Below, piece by piece: positions 52,789 through 64,000 of a stretch of 64,000 nt of DNA. This DNA is from Eledone cirrhosa (lineage: Eukaryota): assembly GCA_964016885.1 (NCBI GenBank), contig OZ024744.1, positions 95,728,001 through 95,792,000 of the forward strand, read 5' to 3'. The notes below the pieces were generated by a model, which saw only the letters and a list, made by a program, of their open reading frames with translations, ran no database searches and was not told the origin of the DNA. Within the stretch, counting starts at the first letter, position 1. The number at the start of each line of letters is the position of its first letter. The translations under genes and the position numbers were made by a program.

Positions 52789-54905
52789 AATAATAATAAT
52801 AATAATAATGAAATTATTGTGTAAAGTGCTCAGGTGCACTACAACTCGTCAAAGGTGCATGTATAGTACATAGAATAATACACAAATGTCAGGGAAGTAC
52901 ATGTGTGTATGTGTTAGCTGTAGTGTTGGCGGATCTCGGGAAGCATGGAGGCCTTAAAGGATGCAGTGTCTCGACAGCTAACAACTGGTGCAGGTAGTTT
53001 GTTCCATGCTTCAGCAACTCTGAGCGTGAAAAAATGTTTCCGAAAGTCATGGGAACTGTGCTGTTGTCTGACTTTGTGGGCATGTCCACGTGTGTTAGAT
53101 GGAAATCAAAAAGGTACTCAGGGTTGTTGTTGGCAACATGGTTAACAATTTTGTGGGTGTTTACCAAGTCAGTTGCCAGGCGTCGGAGCTTCAATGTATC
53201 CATGCCCAGGGAAGCAATGTGCTCAGAGTATGGTAGTTGCCTGATGGAGGGTATTCGCTTGGTTGCACGTCTCTGAACAGTTTCCAGACTGGTGATGAAA
53301 AATTCTAAGTGTGGTCGCACCATAGCCATGTACAGCCTTAAATAGATATCTGGAGAGCGGCTGACAAAGGTCTTGCTGAGTGATGCTAAGACACCCTCGG
53401 CTCTCTTGACAATTTTAGAGACGTGCCTCGTCCAACGCAAATCGCTGCTGACCGTAATGCCCAGGTCACGTTCACAAGAAGACTTCTTGATATTAGTGCT
53501 GTGGAGGGAATATGTGGATGCTGGGTTTTTACTCCCAAAATGCATGGTGGTGCACTTGTCCACAGCTAACTTGAGTTGCCAGTCTGAGATCCATTGTTGC
53601 ATTGTGTCCAGGTCAGACTGCAAGCAAGATCTATAGTGTTCAGGATCTGTCCTTTTTATCTCAAGGTACAGCTTGATGTCGTCTGCGTACTTTAGTACCG
53701 TGGCATTCTTTAAGTTGGCATCTATGTCATTAATATATGCCACAAACAAAAGGGGGCCAAGAACAGATCCCTGTGGTACACCAGATGACATCTCATATGG
53801 TGAGGAATGCTGTCTCAGAACCGTGACTACCTCTCTTTGACTGAGAATAAAGGACTTCAACCAGTTAAAAAGATCATCCTTCACATCCATTGCAGAGAGT
53901 TTTGCCATAAGCGTTTTGTGTGGCACAGAATTGAAGGCTTTCGCAAAGTCAAGGTAAACAACATCCACCCATGAGCCGCCATCAGTGATCCGGGTGATGT
54001 CCTCAAGAAACTCTACAAGTTGATCACAGCAGCTGGAGTTGAGGATAAATCCAAATTGCGAGGGCAGGATAAGACTGTGAGAGCTCCAGAAGTTCCAAAG
54101 CGTTTCTCTGACACAGGATTCCATCGGTTTGGCGATGCAACTAGTAAGACTGACTGGACGATAGTTCACAGGTGATGTGTGGTCACCCTTTTTGAACAGA
54201 GGAATGACACTAGCAGTTTTCCACTGTTCTGGAGTAGCACTGTTGTTCAGACAGAATTGGAAGAAGCGTGATAACTGGTGCAGAAGGAAGTACCCACCAC
54301 GTTTAAGAAGCAAGTACGTAACCCCATCAAGACCAGGAGAGGCATGGTTGCGTTTATTTTTTAGGTGACGTCGCAGCATTGCAGGTGTAAATTCCATGGT
54401 TGTGTAGAGTCCGGTGTCATAGGTGGTGGAGATGGTACACTCTGGTCTTCAATAGTGAAAATGCCTGCATAGCATTCAGCAACGAGCTCTGCGCATTCCT
54501 TGGGGTCGTCAGTAACCTGGCTTGTGTGGGGATTGCGAAGAGGACCAACTGGAGAGTGAGGCCTCTGCTTTGAGTGAACATACTTCCAGAACACCTTACT
54601 GTCAGGGCTGGTTGCAATGCGCTGCTCAAATTGAAGCACTGCCTTTTTTGTCACCTGTTTGAGGTGGTTGGACGATCTATTTCGCCTCTTCCTATTAATG
54701 TCTGATTTGTGAAGTTTGTACTCACGTTCAGCATTGCGCCGTTCTTTTCTGGCAAGACGGACTGCTGCAGTCTCCCAAATTGCACTTTGGGGATGTTTTT
54801 TCCGCTTACGTGGCACCGATGCTGCACATGCTGTCCATATTGAGCTCAGGATGTTCTGGAGTACAGTGTTGACATCTCCAGAGTCGTAGAACTCAAGCCA
54901 ATGTT
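52789..54905 (-). mobile_element. 5'-truncated CR1-clade LINE (ORFs 54361-54960 and 52889-54397)
   Basis: SPGLDG, FKKGD..SPVNYRPVSLTS, VDVVYLDFAKAF, SGVPQGSVLGPLLF, YADD; (ATT)n tail. Short 3'-end copies at ~56970-57310. Confidence 0.92.
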
Positions 54906-55691
54906 CAAACCGGCCAGAATTCTCTACCTCTTTCTGTTGAAACTGGCTGTAACTGGTCACTCAAACTGATGTTAAGGTATTGTTCTTAAAATAAATACTT
55001 TCAAAAAAATCTCATAGATTTGATATTATGTGAGGTAAAGCCTTTACCATGAAAATATAACAGTATATATAGAGTAATGTGAATGCTAAAGGGTTAAGAA
55101 TATCTTGCTAATATTATTTCACGTGGTGGATTGGCAAGTCATTTTCACCAACAGTTGAGTTATTCGCCATTTCGGCGAATAACTCAACTGTTGGTGAAAA
55201 TGACTTGTTTTCTACATTAATAACCATAACTATGAAAATATAAATGATTAAATGAAATTTATTTGATAACCATGACTTGTTTTCTAATTTGGCCCTTTTA
55301 AGGGCCACCTATAATTTCATTTAAGTAACTCCACTTACATCGATATGCTTTAATAAAAAAAATAGTACGTTTAACTTTATTCACACGTGGCTAAAAATTT
55401 CGTAAAATAAAGTGTATGCATTAGTAATACACTGAGATAATTGATGGCCTTGTTCCAAAAGTAGAAACAATTATTAATCGGATTATGTGTGTATAAAAGA
55501 TTCATGTAATTATGTTTCAGGAATAAATATATAGAATGTAAAATGTAAATTAAGACAAAAAAATATTTTCTTTTCAATAAAAATATAAAATACAATATAA
55601 AATACAATCATCATAGAAATACAAGGTGTAGCAATGAGATAGTAATTGAAAAATTTAGTCATACGTGTTAAAAAGAAAATACAATACTTAC

Positions 55692-56124
55692 TAACAATTA
55701 CTATCGATATTAAGAGAAGCCCATTTTCAGGAATTTCGCAATCATAAAATATGGGTTTCAGCAAATACGTGGTGAAAATAAGAGAAGCGGCAGCAATACC
55801 AACAGGGCATACTAGAAGAAAATTGATCCATAAACAAACGAATGCAGCGAAATCTCCGAAAGCTTTTTTAATGTAAATATATTCTCCTCCAGAAGACGGT
55901 AGAGAGGTTCCAAGTTCAGCATAACAGAGGGCACAAAGCATATTATATACACCACATATAGACCACATTAAAAGACTAAGACCTACAGATTTTACATTTT
56001 GTAAAATACCTACGGGAGATATAAATATTCCCGATCCTATAATAATTCCAACGATAATGCCGACCCCTTGTAATAAAGTCACTTGTTTTTTAAGCTCTAC
56101 TTTACCATTATCATGTCTAGCCAT
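55692..56124 (-). CDS. SLC7-family (L-type/heteromeric) amino-acid transporter light chain, first coding exon in window
   Basis: ATG at 56124 gives MARHDNGKVELKKQVTLLQGVGIIVGIIIGSGIFISPVGIL...LCYAELGTSLPSSGGEYIYI...LKPIFYDCEIP. Contains the TM1 GSG motif, the YAELG motif and the Cys equivalent to the heavy-chain disulfide Cys. GTAAG donor at 55691, phase 1. A possible CAG acceptor lies 10 nt upstream of the ATG. Confidence 0.93.
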
Positions 56125-56169
56125 GTTACAAACCCTGAGTGGCAGAATTAATGGCGCGAAGTTACACCC

Positions 56170-56171
56170 TG

Positions 56172-56204
<33 letters not shown>

Positions 56205-56294
56205 AATGAAAAGTATAGAAATTGTTGTAGTGAGAAGCTAACAGTATTCCATAACACACATATATATATATGTGTGTATATATATATCTCTATA

Positions 56295-56341
<47 letters not shown>

Positions 56342-56634
56342 GTATATATAGCGTATGTATGCGTGTATATATGTGTGTATGTATGTACGTGTGTATATAC
56401 GTATGATTGTATGTATGTATGTGTATGCAAAAGTACGCGAACTCCAAGCACAGCCGACTATTCCCAGTGAATGTTTGGTTGCCGACCATTTGATCGCAGC
56501 GTGTGTGTGTAGATACGCTTATGTGTGTGCATGTGTGTGTATATATATATGTATATGTATATCATTATTGTTGTTGTCGTTATTATTATTGTTGTTATTG
56601 TTATTATTATTATTATTGTTATTAATGTATGTGG

Positions 56635-56698
<64 letters not shown>

Positions 56699-56703
56699 TT
56701 TTT

Positions 56704-56748
<45 letters not shown>

Positions 56749-57769
56749 TTTTTTTTTTTCGTGCAATGGCCATACTCGATGACGAGGGGGCAGCCATCAT
56801 GTGTATGTATATTCACGTATATACCTGCTCATGTTTGCATACGTGCAGTTATGAACTGCTGCACGCACACGTCCGTGATATATTTATCTATTTATCTGTA
56901 TATTGATTTAGTTACTTTATTTACTTATTTATTTATTTATCCATTTATTTATTTACTTGTTTATTTATAATAATAATAATGATAATAATAATAATAATAA
57001 TGAAATTATTGTGTACAGTGCTCAGGTGCACTACAACTCATCAAAGGTGCATGTATAGTACATAGAATAAAGTACAAATGTCAGGAAAATAAACAGTGTA
57101 TGAGTCATGATATAATAACAATAACAATAATGAAATATTGTGCACAGTGCCCAGGTGCACCACAACCCATCAAAAAAGTGCATGTACAGTACATAGGGCA
57201 ATGCACAAACATCAGTAAAATGAACAGTGCACGAGTCATGATACACACATGTGTGCATGTGTATGGAAGGGGCACATCAGGTGTAGTTTTGGCGTATTTC
57301 GGGAAGCATATTGATTATTTACTGGTTTATTTGTTTATCTGCTTGTTTGTTTGTTCGTTTGTTAGTTAACTCTTTCATTTATTTATTTATTTATTAATTT
57401 ATGAGTAAATGATTAGGTATTGAATAGATAAAGGATAAAAGATAGGTAACGAATAGTGAATGGTAAATAGTAAGTAATAAATAATAATTAGTAATTAATT
57501 ACTTGATGATACTATTAATAACTTAATAGTGACATTAATTATTTTAATCCTCTATCAGGCCCAGTTTAAACTTTTAAAATTTAAAATTTGTCCCACTACC
57601 TTTATATTATAGACACATGTATGAGTGCGAACGAGTGCGTGTTTGTGCATATGCGTTTGTGTACTTATTTGTATGTATGTATGTGTATGTATGCGTGTTT
57701 GCTTGTAAATGTGTATGCGTGTGTATGTATATACGTGTATATATATGTGTGTGTGTGTATGTATATGTA

Positions 57770-57802
<33 letters not shown>

Positions 57803-57832
57803 ATATATATATATATATATATGTATATGTAT

Positions 57833-57900
<68 letters not shown>

Positions 57901-58065
57901 TTATATATGTATGTGTGTGTGTATGTGTATATATGTATATATATGTGTGAATGTATGTGTTTGTGTGTGTGTGTGTATGTATGTGTATGTATGTGTGTGC
58001 AAATGTATGTATGTGTATGTATAGTATAGTTTACACGAGAGAGACATACGTACCTGTAGGTTTTT

Positions 58066-58102
<37 letters not shown>

Positions 58103-58113
58103 ATGTATGCATA

Positions 58114-58200
<87 letters not shown>

Positions 58201-58330
58201 ATGTATATATGTATGTGTATGCGCGCGTGTGTACGTGTAGATATATATATATATATATATATGTGTGTGTATGTGTATGCGTGTATGTGTGTGTATATTT
58301 GTGTGTGTGTAAGTGTTTTTGTATGTGGTT
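56170..58330. repeat. (TA)n/(TG)n/(ATT)n microsatellite-rich region
   Basis: Direct inspection; it generates spurious low-complexity ORFs. Confidence 0.9.
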
Positions 58331-58777
58331 GTGAGTATGTAAATATATTTTATTCTTTCCATCCTACTAAAACACTCTGGCCACCTGTGGCTTGTATGTT
58401 AACTTGACCACTCACCCCAGTCTGTGCCATGATAGAGTCTTGTTAAATGTTTAATTTCTATTACCAACCCACCTAAAAAATTTCCCTACTATATATCTGT
58501 TGAATTACTATTCTTGGGGTTTTTATTTATTTATTTTTTATTTATTTCTTTATTTATTTTATTTATTTATTCATTTATCTATTTATTTATTCATTTATTT
58601 ATTTATTTACTTATTTATTTATTTCAAAAAAGCACTCTGGCTAATTGATCACTCCCCATAGAAAAAACGGCCTGTGCCATGAAGTGGTCCCGTGTATCTA
58701 AATACCCCCCCCCCCATCCACCACCCCTCCCTTGCCATTACCTAAATGTATAAATACCAGAACTTAATATGACACCC

Positions 58778-58828
58778 AGCTTCCTGAAGATTTCATCTGA
58801 ATGAAACAGTACTAGTCCTGTAGAAGCT
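58778..58828 (+). ncRNA. Minimal type I hammerhead motif in a pseudo-LTR-like context
   Basis: agcttc CTGAAGA tttcatctgaat GAAA cag-tactagtc-ctg TA gaagct; TATAAATA ~25 nt upstream and AATAAA downstream. Confidence 0.7.
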
Positions 58829-58913
58829 CCTTCTATAAAATAAAAAAATTTACTCTGCCATGTATTGAGTACCTTACTTACTGTGGTTATCGCCGACTCA
58901 ACCCGGGACCTAC

Positions 58914-58986
<73 letters not shown>

Positions 58987-59114
58987 AAGTTATATTTAAA
59001 ATTGTTGGGTTACAACTAGTAAATATTTATAACTGATATAAAAGCACTCGACAAATATTTGGAGTATATTTACAATATTAAATAAATGGAAAACTATATT
59101 TATAAAACCATATT

Positions 59115-59180
59115 TATTTCATTATATATATTTCGGGGATATCATATTAACAATATGCTATGCCTTCATCAGACAAAATA
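59115..59180 (-). ncRNA. Inverted copy of the 62422-62487 hammerhead
   Basis: Exact reverse complement within the left arm. Confidence 0.75.
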
Positions 59181-59552
59181 CAATATAAACAGTTTTATAG
59201 ATAAATATATTCGACATACCGTAATAAACATCAACTTCATTTGAAGAGGTTTACTCTAGCAGTGAAAATACAGAGAGAAAGAAAGAGAGAAAGAAAGAGA
59301 GAAAGAAAAGAGGGAAAAACGAAAGAAAGAAAGACAAAACGAAGAGAAGGAAGAAAAAGAAGAAAAAGAAAAAGAAGAAATGCATGGAACAAAATAGAGA
59401 GATGGAAAAATAGATAAAGCGAAGAGCTTCAAGTAAAGAGACAGAAAGATATATATATATATAGAGAGAGAGGAAATAGAGATAGATACATATATATATA
59501 TAGAAAATTAAGTAGTGGGAGGTCATTTTGAGTAAGTGTATCAATGATACAT

Positions 59553-59587
<35 letters not shown>

Positions 59588-60221
59588 GCTCAAGTATTAA
59601 TGTAAGGGAGATATATAGAGAGATATAGAGAGATATAGAGAGAGAAAAAAATTTAAAAATATCCAGACATATTCGAGGCGTAGAAAACCCTATGTTTTAA
59701 TGTATTAGTATTTATAAAACTTACACTACACTGTAAATATCAGTATTCCTGAATGAAACAAGTATTCACAATGTGTGAAAATTCATTATCTTATGTTTAG
59801 TTTTAAAAATTCATATGTCTATGTGACAGCTACAAATCTCAATGTGAATCCAACTGATTCACTCCGCAAACTCTAAGTTATCGGAAAACATTCTCAATGT
59901 GGTATAAAAATTTGAGCGTATTATTATTCTTGCGATTACTCTACAAGATTATCTATCAAGCAGAAATAGAGAGCAGATTTCAATATACTAATCGAAAATA
60001 TATATTATATTATAAACATAATAATAAGTAAAAATATAGAATAGAAAACTAAAAAAATATTACGAAAGAATATTACATAATAAAAATATTGCATATTAAA
60101 AATACTACGTATTAAAAAATATTACGTATTAAAGATTTACATATAAAAATTTACATATAAAAATATACATATAAAAATTTACATATAAAAATTTACATAT
60201 AAAAATATATAAAAATATTAA

Positions 60222-60881
60222 TGGTTTGCCCCCCCTTTCTCACTAAACATTAAAACCCACATCGCTAAATTATTTTTCAAAGCTCTTGATAATCGCTTCC
60301 CTAGAACACATAGGTATCACTCAATCTTCAATAGGCATACAATTAAATTAACCTACTCATCCACCAAAAATTTAGCACAAAATATTAATAGAATAAATAA
60401 TAGGAACTTAAAACCTACTGATAATAGCATAAATAATATACAAGTTAACAAATGTAACTGTAGAGATAGATCTAAATGTCCGTTAAATAACAACTGCTTA
60501 GTTAAAAATATAGTATACAATTGTAATGTTAATACTGACTCTAATTCTTTTAACTACGTCGGTTCCACATCGACGGAATTTAAACTTCGCTATAATAACC
60601 ACAAGAATTCTTTCACAGATCCAAATAAAAAATCTTCAACGGCACTATCAGGGGTACTCTGACAACTTAAGCTAGATAACGTTAGATATTCGACGGCTTG
60701 GAATATAGTCTCAAGAGGGATTCCTTTTAATTCATCCTCTGAGACATGTGACCTCTGTGCAGAGGAGATATTCTTTATACTAAAATCTAAAAACTCCCTT
60801 AACCTACGGACAAATTTATTCAGTTGTTGCAAACATAGATTAAACTCAACGTTTAAATATAAATTTAAATTTAAAATGTAG
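60222..60881 (+). pseudogene. PLE thumb/linker and GIY-YIG endonuclease (220 codons, 5'-truncated, one in-frame TGA at 60660)
   Basis: Manual translation: WFAPPFSLNIKT...FNRHTIKLTYS...CNCRDRSKCPLNNNC...NIVYNC...NYVGSTSTEFKLRYNNHKNSF...CDLCAEE...LNLRTNLFSCCKH. Confidence 0.88.
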
Positions 60882-62006
60882 TATATTTAGTTTGATTTAT
60901 ATTTATATGAGAACTAGCCGATAAATCTTTTGATTCCTAAATCTTTGATTCCCTCGTTTTACTCTTTTTATTGTTTATTTTATTTTATTTATTTTTATTT
61001 TTATCTAAACATTCCTCATGAAAAATTAAGCTACCCTAAAAGCCGATGTTCCAAATTTTTTGAATTAACCTTACACTAGATAAACTTCTATATTAAACAT
61101 AGGAACATATGTAGACATAATTGGACATCATAATCTTTTTACGATATTCTTTGCTAGATGTGATTTGATAGATAATTTTTGGCTTTGTCTTGTAGTGAAC
61201 GTGGCAATATATTGTCAATTAACTTTGAAGGGTTGTTTTTTTGTGGTTTATTTTTATTTTTATTTTCATTTTTATTTTTATTTTTATTTTTATTTTTATT
61301 TTTATTTTTACTTTTATTCTTTTAGTATTGTAGTATTCTATAATATTTTTATTTTTATTTTATTTATTTTTTTTAATATTTTTATATATTTTTATATGTA
61401 AATTTTTATATGTAAATTTTTATATGTATATTTTTATATGTAAATTTTTATATGTAAATCTTTAATACGTAATATTTTTTAATACGTAGTATTTTTAATA
61501 TGCAATATTTTTATTATGTAATATTCTTTCGTAATATTTTTTTAGTTTTCTATTCTATATTTTTACTTATTATTATGTTTATAATATAATATATATTTTC
61601 GATTAGTATATTGAAATCTGCTCTCTATTTCTGCTTGATAGATAATCTTGTAGAGTAATCGCAAGAATAATAATACGCTCAAATTTTTATACCACATTGA
61701 GAATGTTTTCCGATAACTTAGAGTTTGCGGAGTGAATCAGTTGGATTCACATTGAGATTTGTAGCTGTCACATAGACATATGAATTTTTAAAACTAAACA
61801 TAAGATAATGAATTTTCACACATTGTGAATACTTGTTTCATTCAGGAATACTGATATTTACAGTGTAGTGTAAGTTTTATAAATACTAATACATTAAAAC
61901 ATAGGGTTTTCTACGCCTCGAATATGTCTGGATATTTTTAAATTTTTTTCTCTCTCTATATCTCTCTATATCTCTCTATATATCTCCCTTACATTAATAC
62001 TTGAGC

Positions 62007-62049
<43 letters not shown>

Positions 62050-62421
62050 ATGTATCATTGATACACTTACTCAAAATGACCTCCCACTACCTAATTTTCT
62101 ATATATATATATGTATCTATCTCTATTTCCTCTCTCTCTATATATATATATATCTTTCTGTCTCTTTACATGAAGCTCTTCGCTTTATCTATTTTTCCAT
62201 CTCTCTATTTTGTTCCATGCATTTCTTCTTTTTCTTTTTCTTCTTTTTCTTCCTTCTCTTCGTTTTGTCTTTCTTTCTTTCGTTTTTCCCTCTTTTCTTT
62301 CTCTCTTTCTTTCTCTCTTTCTTTCTCTCTGTATTTTCACTGCTAGAGTAAACCTCTTCAAATGAAGTTGATGTTTATTACGGTATGTCGAATATATTTA
62401 TCTATAAAACTGTTTATATTG

Positions 62422-62487
62422 TATTTTGTCTGATGAAGGCATAGCATATTGTTAATATGATATCCCCGAAATATATATAATGAAATA
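62422..62487 (+). ncRNA. Type I hammerhead motif in the PLE arm
   Basis: tattttgt CTGATGA aggcatagcatatt-gtt-aatatgatatcccc GAAA tatata TA atgaaata. Confidence 0.75.
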
Positions 62488-63594
62488 AATATGGTTTTAT
62501 AAATATAGTTTTCCATTTATTTAATATTGTATATATATATATATATATGTATGTGTATATATGTATGTATATATATATATATATATGTTTATATGCATGT
62601 ATATGCGTGTGTGTATGCACGTTTGTGTATTTGTATGTATGTGTATGTATGGATATGTTGATATTTATGTGTGTATGTATGTATGTATGTATGTATGTGT
62701 ATATGTATGTCAGTTGGTGCTACTGGTAACATGTATCCCAGTACAACCTGTCCCATGGTCGGGTCGTTGGCGACTAAACTGGCAACCCCACCAAGGCTTC
62801 TTGGTGAGGAGGGTGACTTTGGACATCCTGCAGGACTAAAAACAAAACCTGTCAAAAGGGCAAAGGAGCTCTTAAGAGTCAATGGCCATCCAAAATCACC
62901 GGGAGAGATGACCCCTTAGCCTTTGTCAAGGCAGAATTCTAGGAGAAGGAAAACTCTGATATAACACCTGCAACCCTGATGGTATCCAATGATGTTGACT
63001 TGTTCTTCTCTTTGGTAAATATCATCTTGGTTAAGAGAGTGGGACTGGCTTTGTGCAGTGCCTTTGCTCACTATAAAAGCTTCACGGCGCAGGCATTGCT
63101 TTATATCTGGAGATCTCTCTGCACTTGTCGTCACATGGTACCATGGGCCCAGCACTATGTGTCAATAATTGTCACAGCTGTAGTGTTTGTACCAGAGTTT
63201 TCAAGTCGCTGGCTGGACTAAAAAGTCACACTCGTTCAGCGCATCGGTAGGGGTTCTCCTACATGGATATAAAGTAGTGGCCGTACTCGAAAACGAGTTG
63301 GCAGCCACCATGTATGTGTATGTATATATATATATACACATATATGTGTGTGTGTATGTATGTGTGTATGGATATATATATATATATATATATGTATGTA
63401 TATAATTGTGTGTGTGTGTTTGCATGTTTGTTTTTATTTTTTATTTTTCATTTCCTTCCTTTTCCGGCCTCACTTTCATATAGATTATATCGGCATACGT
63501 CAAGACGGGCGGTCTCAAAAGCGTCTAAACTCATGCTTGCGTGGAAGATAGACGTTAAACGATGATGATGACACAAACACATATATATATACAA

Positions 63595-63619
<25 letters not shown>

Positions 63620-63625
<6 letters not shown>

Positions 63626-64000
63626 CGATATTAAATAAATGGAAACTATTTTGATTTTTTGTTTTTTATTTACTTTTTGTTTCTGATATTTTTATTGATA
63701 TATTGATATCTGTTCTCTATTTATGCTTGAACGATAATCATGTAGAGTAAAGACATGAATAGTATTGTTAAAATTAATGTAGACTCTATATATATTTGTG
63801 TGTATGTACACATATATGTATACTTAAATTTTTATAGCACAATGAGAATGTTTTCGTGTGAAATAGGAATTTGCAGAGCTGATCACGTAAATTCACATGG
63901 ATGTGTATAGTATAAAATCTGGGATAACCTTCTATTTTATCTCAACTCTAATATAAACCTAGGAATTTTAGACTAGACATATGATCATTATTTTTCACAC
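63620..64000 (+). mobile_element. Start of a second, diverged copy related to the PLE arm sequence
   Basis: atattaaataaatggaaacta resembles the arm terminus; gataatcatgtagagtaa...aaatttttatagcacaatgagaatgttttc resembles 61640-61710. Confidence 0.55.

Larger units (their letters stand above)
59071..62531 (+). mobile_element. Penelope-like (Naiad-type) retroelement insertion with inverted terminal arms
   Basis: Arms 59071-60221 and 61373-62531 are near-identical reverse complements; the spacer encodes a GIY-YIG endonuclease; each arm holds a hammerhead. Confidence 0.88.

Noticed and set aside
56125-56259. N-terminal extension of the 55510-56259 ORF (and its run-on past 55692)
   Set aside because: Passes through (GA)n/(TA)n repeats and beyond splice sites; not transporter-like.
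56270-58407. Many ORFs rich in Y/I/C/V/M
   Set aside because: Translations of (TA)n/(TG)n microsatellites.
59251-59544. Duplicated 97-aa ORF (also 62058-62351)
   Set aside because: Low-complexity by-product of the inverted arms; no recognisable domain.

Overview
Eukaryotic, AT-rich, repeat-saturated genomic DNA, most likely a coleoid cephalopod (Octopus-like, inferred from the SINE/RTE content and the (ATG)n/(TA)n microsatellites). The only host gene I can support is a minus-strand SLC7-family (LAT/y+LAT/b0,+AT-like) amino-acid transporter light chain. Five coding exons splice in frame (56124-55692, 27028-26903, 9300-9201, 2841-2797, 446-323; 276 aa) and the gene continues beyond the left edge. 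Its large introns and upstream region hold many mobile elements: about a dozen RTE LINE copies, a CRE-like LINE with a restriction-like endonuclease, a CR1 LINE, two SINE families, TTAA piggyBac-like MITEs, four non-autonomous Helitrons, a solo LTR and two tandem arrays. Three observations stand out. (1) A Penelope-like (Naiad-type) GIY-YIG retroelement lies between near-identical ~1.15 kb inverted repeats, and each arm carries a hammerhead ribozyme. (2) Several more type I hammerhead motifs of unrelated sequence are dispersed through the window, some at fold-back palindromes and one inside a Helitron. (3) The dominant RTE families carry a complete C4HC3 PHD finger inserted within the reverse transcriptase. 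All calls come from reading the sequence by eye; no searches or folding programs were run.
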